Source: Callorhinchus milii (taxonomy: Eukaryota). From it: a DNA stretch of 52,586 bases. The position numbers were made by a program, and so were the translations under genes. The notes below the pieces were generated by a model, which saw only the letters and a list, made by a program, of their open reading frames with translations, ran no database searches and was not told the DNA's origin. Shown here piece by piece: positions 39,701-52,586 of this stretch (within the stretch, counting starts at the first letter, position 1; each line of letters begins with the position of its first letter). The stretch is taken from the NCBI RefSeq assembly GCF_018977255.1, contig NW_024705348.1, positions 1 through 52,586 of the forward strand, written 5' to 3'.

Positions 39701-42700
39701 CCTGTTTTTTGCCCCGGTCCACCGGACACTATCGCTGCTTTTTGTCATAGTATATAAAGGGGATAGATTGATGAGGTCGGACTTGGTATTACCCACGTCT
39801 AACGCTTTAGTCGGAAGCAGACCGTAAAATGACGTATGTCGTAAATGGGTTGTCAGTTGCGATATCAGCCGCCCAATGTCGCGGTTTCTGATTCACAGAT
39901 GTGATGATCTGTAGGTGCGACTGTGCCTTACGTAGCGGATATCATAATTCAAGCCTTCACGTGTGGCGAGATGTGAGCACGAGCCGGGTTCCTCTTGTGA
40001 GGGCTCTGAGTACTGCAACAGACAGTGGTCGGCCCCCAGAACTTAGCCTACCACCCTTGGAATCCATCCAATCGATGATCTATTGAGAGGTGGTCCTTAG
40101 GGTCAATAAACGCCAATCGTCTCGAATCGTAGTGTGATTAACCTGACTTAGTGCTCAGACATCAACCCCGGTTGGCGCGAAGGCGTGCCACCCGGATGGC
40201 CTCACGGTTGCCGAACTTCAGCATCGCGTTTGCCTTAAGTGTCGACGAGGGCGACATTGCGGTTGCTTAGATTTCCTGACCAGTCCTCAATAAATCCCCG
40301 GTTACCATAGCCCCTTTTATCTTAGCTGGCGGTGGTAGAACCGTGAAAGCAAGTCGCATGCTATGTCCGCCTGAAGTGCTGCAAGCCGACAGTTTATGGT
40401 TATCGTTGAGCGCAGTTACTGTCGTATATCGCTCCCGCTTGTCCTAATAAACTGCGCTCACCAGGACTCTACCAAAAGCAGGAGGGTATACGAATCAGCT
40501 CTAGGTCCAGTATTCGGTATATCACCAGAAGTCGAATGGGAACTCCTGTGGTATGGAAGCTCGCATAGCCTGTTTGTTTTCGAGCATTGTATATCCCCTC
40601 TGGGATAGACTTAGCTGGCTAACTTGGCCAATAGAGAGCAATGTGGTACTACCCAGGACTCCTAAGGATCTGAAATCAGGAATAGCCCCGCCCCGAAGTT
40701 GTCCGACACGTAAGTGCTCAGAGAAAAATGTCCTACACTATATGGTTAGAGTCACCGGTTACGTCGGAATCAGTCATACCCTCCCGCTCATTGCGTAGTG
40801 CTCCTGACCCCCTTGCAACGGAAATACGAGAGGCAGTTGGTAGACGCTGTATTCCTGCTTTGCATGACTGCGAGCACCGACAGTGGCAGTGAATAAATGT
40901 GTGCCAATCGCATACGACGCTAACAATATTTGCTACCCAAATTAAATGTTTGCACACCCAGGACTTGTAAGCTCTGAAGCCCTGAACCCTCACCATCTTC
41001 CCAATAATAGTAGGAGTCAGGTTGAGAGTGGAAGAGCGATGAAGCCCGCATGGGTCGTGCGACACTGAGCGGACTCTCAGCCACAGCAACTACGCAGTCT
41101 TTGGCATTGGAGTCTACGTGGGTACCAGTTGCCCGACCGGCTTTTTTAGAAGGTTGTCGAAATGAGGTCATTCGAAGCGGCTAGTGGTGCGAGAAACTTG
41201 GGGTGCGGATGGGTTTGAAAGAGTCCTCACCCCGGGAGTGAGCGCATCAGAATACTAAGGGGAGAGGCTGGGGTATACTGTCATGTCGTCCCAGTCTTAA
41301 ATGCCAGTTAGTGGAGGTTCAAAAACTCGACTCGACTCGCCTGGCGACACGATCTGCCACAACTCAGTACCCTCTACTGCACTGAGGTCTACCGTTTTCC
41401 TTTTCAAATCCGCACCTGCGCCGCCGGGTACCAGAGTAGCGCTTAAAGCGCACTCAGTAATGTAAGACGATAGGGCTAGTTTAGTGGTATGTGACCGATC
41501 CTTAGCTATTCAGTGCTATGGTAAATGATTGGACCCACTGAGAATTAGATCAAAGCAACGTTCGCTCCGAAAACGACAACAGCATCACACCAGAAATTTC
41601 GTATTTTGTGTAATATATCGCCAGACCGTCAACACAATTGTTACCGCAATGGGGCCGACGCCCCTCACTTCAAGCGCACCAAAAAGCGAAACGAGTTAAT
41701 TAGCACGCTTTTATTTTCAAGACTTAGAGGTTCAAGCGTACGTGAGAATCGCTCCTACAATAGGCGCACCCAACCGCAAGGCTCGATGAAATGGATAACA
41801 GCCTCTCCGCATATGTTGTTTTGCCTCTGATAGACTCAGAGTTACGATTTCTAACTATACTTGAGCAGTTTGTACTAGTCTCAGTGATCATGAGTACACG
41901 AGCAATTTGGAATTGTATAGGTATCATAGTATAACCAGATGATTCGTGTTCTGATGCATAGTTAGACGTTTGCAGACGACATTCCCAACGAGATACTACA
42001 GTTGCCCAAACCTGAAGAGGTACTTAGTGCGTTTCAACCATTCGCGCTACGATCGATGGAGACTTGGTATATAGAACACCATCTAAACTGCTACCACCAT
42101 GCGGTCGCTTCCAAGCTCCACTTCTTCAACACCGACGAGAAGTAATGCTTCGATTTCGGGTTCAACTGAGCATATTGTTCGCCCCATCTAGCAATCGTCG
42201 TCACAGTTCATGCTAATGCTAGAACTAAGGCTATTCGGTGTGAGATTGCGGTGGGAACCTCAAACCGGTAATGTAATCTTAAATGATGCAATATTCGATA
42301 TTAACGACAGCGTCACCGTGAAGTGTGTTGTGAAGACCCAATGCATTGCCAGCGGGTGATAACGTTGCCACCGTACGGGTAGACGGTACAAACCAGATGA
42401 CCAACGTTCCATCCGACACTTACCGCTTCGCACGTGTACCAAACTGAGAGCTAAGCAGGCGGTTTTAAATGATTATTACGACCGCCCATCGGCTGAGAGC
42501 CTAGCATGTTACCCGCTTCTATGAGCTGTATCCTGCTAGGCGAGCGCACTGAGTACCACTCTGACCATCGACTAGCGTGGAGGCGTGCAATCGTGGCTAC
42601 TACGTGAATGGGATTCTACGAGGAATACTGAAGCAACGCCAAGCAGGGTCCGTTCCACGCCATATACGCCCGCACGTACGATAACTCTTGGCGTTCGGGT

Positions 42701-45700
42701 CTAGTGTGCCTCCTAGCTGGGTCTCAAAAGTGGGCTTTATACCCACGCTTGGAGACTCCTAGCGGCGACCTCTAATAAGTATATTGTGGGTCCAACCGTA
42801 ACACTTAGTTCCCCGAATTACCGCGTACGAACAGCCTATAACCCGTATGGGTGACTAGGAATAGAGTTCTGAGGACCGCTTATATACACCAGAATGAAAC
42901 CCGTAAGCATTTCACTGATACATGCTTGAGTCTAGGGAAGATACGGGTCCGTAAAACAGAAATGAGTTCTAAGGAGCTCGCAACAAGGCTTAATTCACAT
43001 AGTCCCAATGTTGCCTCAGGACATGTACACAAGTTAGACTATTCAGCTGTTAATCCAAGAACACTTGATAAGAGATCGAGAGAAGTGACGTAATGGCCGC
43101 AATTCGCTTAAGAGCCCAGGTGTGCAAAACGTAGGACGTAGCTCGGAGTTGTTCTCCAAGATGCTTTGCAACAGGTCGCCGACTCTCGTTCGTCTAACTG
43201 ATAATGTCCCCACGTCGGTCATCAACAGAATGGTTGAAGCCGATCTTGGCGAGGTGACAATTAGAGCCGGTCCTACCTATCCTGTAGTACCAGAACTGCC
43301 ATGTGAGGAAGTCACGTCTAGAAGAATAGCCGCTAGGGCCAGGAAGTTATTGCTATTTGCAGAAAAATCCGCTCGATATGTGACGTCTATGAAGCGCTCA
43401 TCCTGCCACAGTAAAACGTGCTACAGTAGACTACCGGACTTGAAAAGCGAAGCCCGAGAATAATTTTGCCCGCGTCCAGGAAAAGGCCCATTAAACCTCT
43501 ATTGAAGCACAGTGAACGCACAAGAGATCCTGGTAGCTTCGCCTGCCTAACATGGAGTTGAAAGGACGCGAGCGTCACGCACGTTTGCAACTCGATGCGA
43601 TGCCGCCGGATAAATGAAGACTTAAATGACATAGCTCCCCTCCTTCCCTTTGAAACTCCTGGCAGAGTAGTAGCGAGACCAAGTCCTGGGCGTTGTGGGA
43701 CAGTGAAACAAAACTTTAGTTAGCCAATTCTGTGCGTGGGCGATATGTTTACCACCCTCCGTCCGCACTCTTAGTCCTGGAGGAGAAACAAAGGAGGTTG
43801 TATTTTGTAACATGCCCATTAGATAGACCCGTGCTTTATACTGAGAAGGGAAACATCAGAGGGGTCCCACCATTTTGTCCCCCGCATTAGTTCCAGGTTT
43901 TATTCGTAGAAAATGCCCAATTAGCTTGATGGATCTACGTATCAATGAAATTACATGATTTCGCGGGTTTAGGAGTTACTACCATTTAGCGGGCTGAAAA
44001 TCTTTTACCGAAACGCCAGCTCTACAGCCTGTCGTGACCTCGCGTTTTTCAATAATGAGAGACCGACGCCTCATATCAAGGGCGCTCCTAAGGAGCTTCG
44101 CCTTCGTGAATTCCTATTAATCGCAGCGATCAAAAGATGGCCCCAGCTTCTAGCCGGACCGTAACCTAGTTGCATCCGAGAGTGTCGCGACGACTGGAAG
44201 CCCGAAGTGTACTCAACACATGGCGAATCCGTTTGGGTATTGTGGGGACGAAATCGTTCGGGCATGGGCGAGTTGACAGACTTGGGATAATACCTTAAAC
44301 ATAGTTGGATTGCTGACAACTGTGTTAATGGTAATAATTACCCCTTTGCAACCCAATCACGTACCATAAGATTCAAATCTGATCGCCAACAGATTATATA
44401 ACGTGGCTCGAAATGACAGAGGAAGCGAAGTACTGAAATGTTATTTTTAGTCATAGCAAGATTGCGACGCTCTCGAGAACTGGACGAACGACGTCATGCG
44501 TGCACGATAGACCTCTGTGAAGACACCAGGGAGTGGAAGTCCGACCGGTGCAACGACACGTGGCAGACCTACGTTAGCTTTATATAGCCTCATCAGCGGG
44601 GATGACCAAAGAGAGGTACGTCGCTCCGACTTGTTGATACGGCATCAAAAATCAGCAGTATCTGTGAATACCGATATGGGCAGCCACGCCTCATCATTCG
44701 CAAATCGTAGGTCATGAAAAACCAGTAGTTTGGTGCCTCTGCATGAACCTTCTCCGTCCAGGACACAATCAGTCGTCAGGTTGTCTCACAGTTGCCATGT
44801 CAAAGCCAACGCAAGTTTCACATGGTTGTATAAATGCCAACTGGGCGACTTGCACAACCACATCCGCTGGCACGCGACCATCCCATAAGGCGTGCCCGCC
44901 GGACTACGGTTCCCAAGAAGAGAAACTCAGAGAATACCAGCAGCTCAGCCTATCGACATAATTCCAGATGGATCCCCCAGCCTGTCATGACGGGGCAGCC
45001 AACCTTCAGCGGACAGGACTCGCCGCCTTCCGTCGGTATAGCAATCGTATCAGGATTGTTACAGGCAGCACATTCTGGTGTTGTCGGACAGCCGTGTCAC
45101 CGGGTACAGGTGACGAACGACATAGCAATTGGTATATTCTACTGCGAGCGCGACGGTTGACGCTTCGCACGCTGAGGCCCAGATGTTTGCAAGCGTCATA
45201 CCCACTGGAGCTAGAATGGTACTGGAGTCGGATCCGACTGTGTCCTACCTCCCAGAGTGCTAAGAACGGTTTGTCGGGATTGCCGCCTCTTTCGTTAGAC
45301 ATCCGAAATTTAAGTAGGTGCAGTAGGGCTTACGCCTGGCATGAAGTCCAATAGACACCAAGATAGTGGTGAAAAGGCTTGCAAACGTGTTTTTCGAGAC
45401 GTAATTATTGACACGAAGTAGTATGGTCTGACTGACCAGGGCTCTATGAGCAAGCCGAAATGTCGTCACCTAAGGTTAGTCCAACGAATTTGCGACTCGG
45501 CTACTGGTGTTCTTAGTGTCTTCAATAGCTAACGGATAATTAGTGATCCGCGGCTCACGAAACACATCTCCTCGGTTCGAATAGCCTGCGGTGGAACATA
45601 AAGATACATATTGCTTAGGGATGCCAAAAGAGATAGACAGACATGCTCGAATAGAAGGAGAAGTATATTCATAAGCTTCTTGCAACCGGTATCTTCAGAG

Positions 45701-48700
45701 CACGCCGTGTTCCTACGTTTGATTTCATAAGGGCGTCGGCATTGCGTAGGGTGTCAGGCAATATTGAAGGGTTCTAAAACCTCGTACGGTGCAGCCTCAA
45801 GAAGAGACTCGAGATAAATGCCACGTCCGGCAGGAATTAAGCACGGTAAATAAAATCGACCATTAGTCCTGGGGGCGGCGTAAAAGTTATGTGTGGTTTT
45901 TCTTGCCGATTACTAGGGTTTTCATTCGGCAAATCAGTACGTGATAAAACCCCCGCGAGTGCAGACACCAGGGGTTTCTAATATAAAATTTCGTGACCTG
46001 TAGGGCTAGACCGGATCCTAAAGTGCGAAAGTTATGCGTGATAAATCTTCAGACTTTGTACCTCCTATCGCTTACCTGCTGTCAGCAGCTAGGACAGGCA
46101 CAGATATCCTTACGTTTTGTGCTGGGCGCTGATTGAATGAATGCCTTTACGTTGAATGGACGTTGCCATAAGTGAAGTTCGCGGAGCGCCCTATGAAATC
46201 GCCATATATTCTCGTCAAGAAATGGGAGAAGGGTAAGGTGGTCGGTTGTGTAAATATGCGCCGCCGAGACGGAAAAGTTTCGGCCCACCTTAGTAAAAGG
46301 CCTGTATCATCTGTCGTTTGGGATTGAATGTGATAAACCATGGGAATAATTGGTGCACCGCTCCAGACGACCACGTGACAAGGAAAAATGACTCTTTCTC
46401 CGCCCGTCCAGGATAACACTTTCGCCCTCAAGCTGCACAAGTTTGCTACAAGGAGCGCTGGCGGAGAGGACACGCACAAGTGGCACTGCGTAGCCGTTAA
46501 ATGAGTCCTTTGGAGAGACGTACAAATCTTGGGGACTCAACTACCCGGCCTCGCTCGCAGATTTTAACATCGGAGTGATATGCCTCCACTGTGCACTCGT
46601 CTCGGACCCTGACCGTTTTAGGAAAACGCATCCTAAGTGTTCAAGTTGGTCATAGCTTTGTGTAGTAGGCGGTTAAGGGCAGCACCCTTCCTTGCGGGGT
46701 GGCAAATCAGTACCGCCTCCTCGGAGCAAATTAACACGGCTGTGACACCGGACTTCTGTTGATTATCGAATGTCTTAAGGCCTTCCACAGCGCTACACGG
46801 GGAAGGAAAGGATTGTCAATGGTGGGTTTGCCTGAGTATGAGTCTATAAACCGGGCCAACGACATCCAAAAGTCTTGTGGTGAATTGCAATGACGAGAGC
46901 CGGCAAGCGGACTTGCGATTTAAAAGATCAATTACATGTCTCATTTTTGTGCCCCCGGCGTTGCGCGCGGTTCAGTCGCAGACGGGCTGGAGCCTGTCTG
47001 ACTCGCACATTGTTTGTAATGAGGCCGTTACCGTAGATGTGTGTCCGTTGGTACGTGTAGCATCCGGAGTTTAATCGATCATTACCTACTAGCCTGTGCA
47101 CATACGGAGGGTCTGCCTTTGCTTTGTGGCGTAAGCGGTTATCTATGGGGATGACAATACAGGATTACCCGGTTCCTCACTTAATAACCATCACGGAGAG
47201 ACAATAACGTCCGTTCAAAGCTATCAAAGAGAACTATCGAGCTGGGCGTATATGCCGCGCAAAAGTCCATGAAAAGTGAGGCCGGAGCGATCTGGTCAGT
47301 CCGCAGGTGAGTGCATGTCGAAGACGTACGCGCGAGCATCACAATGCTCCGCCGATACGCAACATAGTGTGTATACGGCTCAGACCGTAGGTTATTAAGT
47401 AAATCGGATATCATATGAGACACGCTGAGCTTATATACGCTCACGCGTGTCCCTCCTCGCCCCGATCCTGGCCATCCTGCCTACAATGTCACGCTAACGC
47501 ATCGGCAGGCGGCATAGTCGTACGCTTCAGGTTCCCTCTATAAAGGTAACTCTCCTTGTCGCTATAGCAAAGTAACCGCCAATCAAACTCTCATAGGGAT
47601 CTACGAAAGTCAATCATATCAGACTTGAATTGGGCCTCCATGATCTATGGGTATCCTGATGGCCAAGAGTAAATTTCCTTCGCACGGGCGCTATCTGCAG
47701 GCAATCGGTGGAGGTTTGATTCCCGAGCCGGGGGAGGTGAGCATACTTCCGCCATGCTTTCAGGGATACTTCACGCTGTTAAGCTTTTGGTTCTGGAGCG
47801 CCGTGCTCCTCGGCCTTCATCTATGACCTTTCTAAAAGATGCTGATATACTTCTGCAAACTGGAATAAGTGATGTAAATCCGGTTTTTAGGAGCCAGGAT
47901 TGTCAAAATCAATGAACTAATTACGTGTATTACTAGTAGTTTAGGTGCGGGGGCGCATGTGAGATGCGCTCAAGACATCCCACAAGACGGGTTTAGCGCT
48001 TAAATTTATGACGGATTAGGATATTCATTTGTGCCAGATCATAATACGATGGTTCACGTAGGTGCGGACTTACTCTGTCGCACATTAGGGTCCCCCGAAT
48101 CGCGGCAACAGCTCACCTGAATATACGTGGCAGCGAAGCCTAGCAATAAGGAACTTACCTTCCCAGCTAGGTTGAAGTTTATAGGGGCTTTAGCTTAGTG
48201 GCCAGCCTTCTCACTAGAACGAGAATACGGTCCAGCCTTAATATGTGACGTTTTCCTAGACCAGATTAACCGTCGTAACAAATAAGAACTAGATGGAAGC
48301 GGCTCCAGGACCGGGACCGCGCATATCTATGGTACCTACTCTCTCTGTGTTCCTGTCCGAAAAGGATTCCTACAGTCGGCAAGGAATCTTCCCTTACGTA
48401 GAACCAGCGGCTGGGACTGCATTATGTACTAACACCCCCCAGAGGGCGATGCTAAATCACTTATGAACAAAACGGGTGTATGCTCACACCAGCCCAGATG
48501 CTGGATGGGGGCTAGACCCCCGCTCAACGCGCTAGAAGCCTCCTCCACTACGGATGGGCTTACATATCGTAAACAGCTCTACACCATTACAGCTAAGCCT
48601 ATCAGGGATCCTTGCTGCGTGCCGCGGTGGGCTCTATTAGGGTGCCGGCTTATCCAACCATGGTGTTCAATCAAAGCGATGTGTGCAATCGAGTACTCTG

Positions 48701-49313
48701 CAAGGTGACGCTACTCGGCACAGAGCTGCAAATGCTATCAATATCCATTATAGCGTGCTTAAATGAAAGCCCAACAGACTCAGCAGAAGATCGGACGCCT
48801 TCTGCCGCCAGAGTGGGACAATTCTAGATTGTTGCCTGGGTATTCCTGTTCCGTTACTAGAGGTAACACGTCAAATGTGTAGCATAGCCACACGATAAGC
48901 ACTACCAGTAGGAGGTTGACCTGCCTAAAATCTCTAATAGAAGTCGTGTGCAACGGGCCTGCCGACTGACATGCGACGAGCAGCTTAGATCTGATCGGAG
49001 TGGTGATCGAGCTAACGACCCCCCGTTGCCGAACTAGATTCCGCAAAGTGGGACTATCTGGTGTGAGAGACTCAGCAGGACCGGAGAATGGGAATTAACT
49101 CCACTACGCGTCTGCGCTCCCATGGTGAGATCTTCCTACCATTGCGCTTAGCCAGCTGAGTGAACCAAGGGTCGACTGAACCCCACAGTAGACTGAACTA
49201 TTAACACGCCTGAGAGATTTTTAGGATGTACATCATACCATAGTCTCAGGTAAGTAAACGTGTCGAAAACCCAATTACTACCAGGCGTTAAGTTACGGAT
49301 GTTCGAAAGATCG
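18732..49313. other. Featureless, random-like block; no supportable genes or repeats
   Basis: Near-even base usage, frequent CG and CTAG, no microsatellites or host repeats seen, longest ORF 198 aa with no recognisable motif; right boundary approximate. Confidence 0.85.
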
Positions 49314-49565
49314 AATATTTTTTTCACAACAAAACGTTTCGTCTCTTATTCAAGGCCCATTTAAAAAACTGGTCATCGGAAAACATTTAAAACTGCAATT
49401 GTCATCAGGCCCCATGGTGTAAAGAGCAGTCTCCAATTCCTCTGTTCTGCAATCTCTTTGATATGGGCCTTTGCCCAAAATGTCACCCATTATATTTCCT
49501 TTTAAGATAGTATTATTGACGAATGTCTTGAGTTTATATTGGAATTGCAACGTTTATAAATGAAA

Positions 49566-49760
49566 GGAGCAGTGATAGAGTCGTTAGCACACAGAGCTAT
49601 GAACCAAGCATCCTGGATGTGATTCCCGGCCACGGCTAATACCAGTGGCGAGTGATATCCAACTGGCCCTGGGTAATCTTAACCAACCCACAGTAACCAG
49701 CTTGAAGTATGGTCAAACAAGCTTCACAACAGACACGGGCCTCGGTAGCCCTTCATCCAG
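49566..49760 (+). mobile_element. tRNA-derived SINE (degenerate)
   Basis: A-box-like tgatagagtcg and B-box-like gatgtgattcc; body homologous to 16370-16485. Confidence 0.6.
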
Positions 49761-51758
49761 TTGAGCATGTATCATTGTCTTCATTTGTTACATGCATTAT
49801 AATTGCATACTGCACTTCCCACACCTTTTCCATTTGCAGATCTCCACGAATATGACGTATATAGTCTCCATGGGCTCTCACCTGAACATGATGAAGTTGA
49901 CATTAAAAAGCAATCAAAGCAGCACAGGTTAACAAGTACGATCATGTTACTACATCTTATGCAAGTTTCTCTCCACATTTCACACATGATTGCTCTTGAG
50001 AGCTGCTCACAGCCGAACAGCAGGACACACTTTAATAGCCCACCACACATCACTGTGCTCACTACGTCTAATTTCATCATTGTCTCCTTTTTGCAAAGTG
50101 CATCGCGGTGTAATATGGGTCCTGCTTAAATACGGTTTTCAAAAATCCATCGCTCAAACGCACGGCCACGTGTGGGTGCAATAATTTTTTTTAAATTCTA
50201 TGGTAGAAGGTACGACTTTAAAACGATACACACATCGAACGCTTTTCAGAATCAAAAGTACGTGCTAATGAGACAATAATTTCAAGCTGAGAATGTGTTT
50301 ATGCGTTTTCCAAAACCTCCCCCCCCCAAACCAACCCTGTCCACGCATATAAACATTTTTTATCTCGAGTATTCACGATAAAATACGGACGTTGTTGGAC
50401 TACGGGCAGCAGCGGCAGCAGCCGCGTCCGAGTCCTTGCAAAAAACAACAATGGCATTACACCCTGTGAGGAACAGCTGGGTTTCCACATAAAAAATTCC
50501 GAATTCAAAGCAGTTTAACAGTTTACCCTTTCAGTAGGAAATACAAACTCTGCACCAGTGGAATCACTTCGACTTTCTTTTTGTATTTCTGGCAAATACA
50601 CACCGAAACTGTATCGAATTACATAACTTCACAAGGGGTTTAATGTTTCGTATTTTCGTTCCAAACTTAAGCATTAATATATGGAAGTTATAAAGACTGA
50701 ATAACCGATGTATATCAATAATTTATGAATCTCAGATGAGATGGCAGGAATAGTTATTATTATAGTTTTTCAAAGTTGAGGGTCGACGGATATTTATGCT
50801 CATATTCAAGTATCTACAAAAAGTACTGCAGCATGAGGGTCAGTAGATGAAATTTACAGGAGAAAAGTACGTGTGTTTTTTTTATAACTCAATCCACATG
50901 TCGGTCAACAGCTTTGCATGGATGGATGAAAGAAACTTCAATGGCAAATATATAAGAGATGTAAATGCGCAAGACTGAAGGCAATTTATATATCTGCAGA
51001 TATATTTAAAAGCAAACCTGAGCAATAACTAAAGTAGATTACATCACAACACGTTCAAGTTCACACACTCGAAATCTGCTCCGTGCCAAAGAATCAGATA
51101 TCGGTCACCACTTACGTTAGACCCGGCCGCTAATCAACCCGGGTCAACGGGTGCATAGCAGTGTCCTAACTACCGCGCTGTGACTTGTATCCATTTCTGT
51201 CTTGATATCACGTTCTGTGAGATCTAAGGGCGGTCTTTTTTTCACGGCAAGGACCCTCAACCACCATCTCAAGTCCTTGGCCGACCCCTTTGAAGCCATG
51301 AACCACCTTCTCTTTCACCTTCCAACCAGTGGGTTGACTAAATGAGAAGGAAGCACTGGAGAGAGCTCAAACGCAGAGATGAGCAAACGTGACGATGTCC
51401 CCGAGAGGTTGCCATGAGAGGTGGAAACACAGGGAATCACCTTCATTCTTACTCCCAATGTCAAGGAGATGTCTAAAGTGCCACGGGGTGGAACAGATTT
51501 CAAGAGTAAGGAGTGGAGTGTGCCAAAGGCTGTAAGGTAAGCCAGAGTTATGTGAACACATTCTTTGGGGTACAAGCTTGAGGACTCTTTGGTTCTTTCG
51601 GTAAGTTCACGTAGATGGGAAAAATAAATAAATAAACATAAAAGGTAAATTACTAAATTAAATCACCACGTTTCGGAGGCAACACAAGCTCCGTTTTAAA
51701 GCTTTCGTAACTGCAGGGATTAACATATTCTTGGCTGTCTTTCAAACAGCTCAAGTTT

Positions 51759-51806
51759 CTTCACCTGAGGACGGCTGCTTGCGTTGTGGCCGAAACGTCG
51801 TGAGAA
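51759..51806 (+). ncRNA. Minimal type I hammerhead ribozyme motif, intact core
   Basis: ttcac-CTGAGGA(51765-51771)-C-GGCTGC-ttgcgtt-GTGGCC-GAAACGTC(51792-51799)-gtgag; ttcac/gtgag stem I; predicted cut after C51799. Confidence 0.78.
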
Positions 51807-52233
51807 TTATTATATATTATGTTTATTTTATATATTTTATTACTTCCCTTCTACGTGACTTTACGAAAGAACCAAGAATAAGCTTCCATCATCAGGTGGA
51901 ACAGCCACAGCAAAATTACTGTAACGAGTAGTCACTCACTAACTATTACTGTAGTCACTCACTACAGTAATGGTTATTTTCATTTTTTATATTTATATTA
52001 TAAAGAAATTTATCTACGTGACTTTACCGAAAGAACCAAGAATATGAATTCCTGCAGTCACGAAAACTTCAAATCTAGAAGTTGACGTAGCGTGATGACG
52101 TCATGGGGTAGTGGGATGACGTCATGTCACGGGTATTGCAAGGGGTACTTAAGGGGACCCCCCCCCCCCCCGTGACGTGAGCGGCGTCATTGTGGGAGCC
52201 CGGAGTGTGGATCGGCTGTCGTGCTGTGACGGT

Positions 52234-52278
52234 TCCACCTGAAGACGGAAGCTTGTGTTGCCTCCGAAAACGTCGTGA
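52234..52278 (+). ncRNA. Minimal hammerhead motif with one extra A (GAAAACGTC)
   Basis: cac-CTGAAGA-C-GGAAGC-ttgtgtt-GCCTCC-GAAAACGTC-gtg. Confidence 0.6.
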
Positions 52279-52586
52279 TTTTTATTTCATTTTACTTTTA
52301 TTAATTTTAATTTTTTACCTCAGTGACTTACCGAAAAAACCTAAGAATATGGAAGAGGTCTCGAAGAGATAGCCGAGAGTATGAGCTCGAGAAAAGCCTG
52401 TGAGAGCCGGCTGATAGTGAGCGAGGTTCTTCTCTCCTGTGAGTTTAGAGTGTTATTTACATGGGTAGGAACCTCTGGTTACACCAGTCCCAGGGGATTA
52501 TTGTGTCCGTCCGTTGTGCAGGGAGGGGCTGGTGGGGAGGAGAGGGTGGGAAGGGCTGGGTAGGGAGGGTGGGCTGGGTGGGGGGG

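Larger units (their letters stand above)
51584..52350. mobile_element. Nested cluster of Penelope-like pLTR copies
   Basis: Minus copy 51584-51694 resumes at ~51880; inner insertion 51695-51879; plus 3' end 51975-52080; further plus copy ~52081-52350. Confidence 0.75.

Noticed and set aside
18732..49318. aatat at both edges of the central block (18732-18736, 49314-49318) as a 5-bp TSD
   Set aside because: Short AT-rich match, left copy abuts the N gap, and no LTRs or terminal inverted repeats are visible inside.

Overview
Eukaryotic (vertebrate, probably non-amniote; lamprey-like repeat content is my inference) genomic DNA in three parts. (1) 1-18701: five minus-strand, phase-compatible GT-AG exons of the spliceosome factor CWC22 (MA3/MI domain and Ser/Asp-rich tail). 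The introns hold degenerate L2/CR1 and RTE LINEs, tRNA-derived SINEs including a V-SINE, a 5S rRNA-derived copy, a 1.25-kb foldback, and a multi-copy Penelope-like (pLTR-type) repeat carrying minimal type I hammerhead ribozyme motifs. A separate 367-bp TSD-flanked insertion with a ~305-nt unit looks like a non-LTR retrozyme. (2) A 30-N gap (18702-18731), then ~30.6 kb (18732 to ~49313) that reads as random sequence: near-even base usage, abundant CpG and CTAG, no host repeats, no ORF over 198 aa. I cannot support any gene or system there; it looks like shuffled or artificial filler or an artefact. (3) ~49314-52586: host-like DNA again, with a SINE and nested hammerhead-bearing repeats. The best-supported unusual biology is the ribozyme-bearing retroelement families inside the CWC22 transcription unit.
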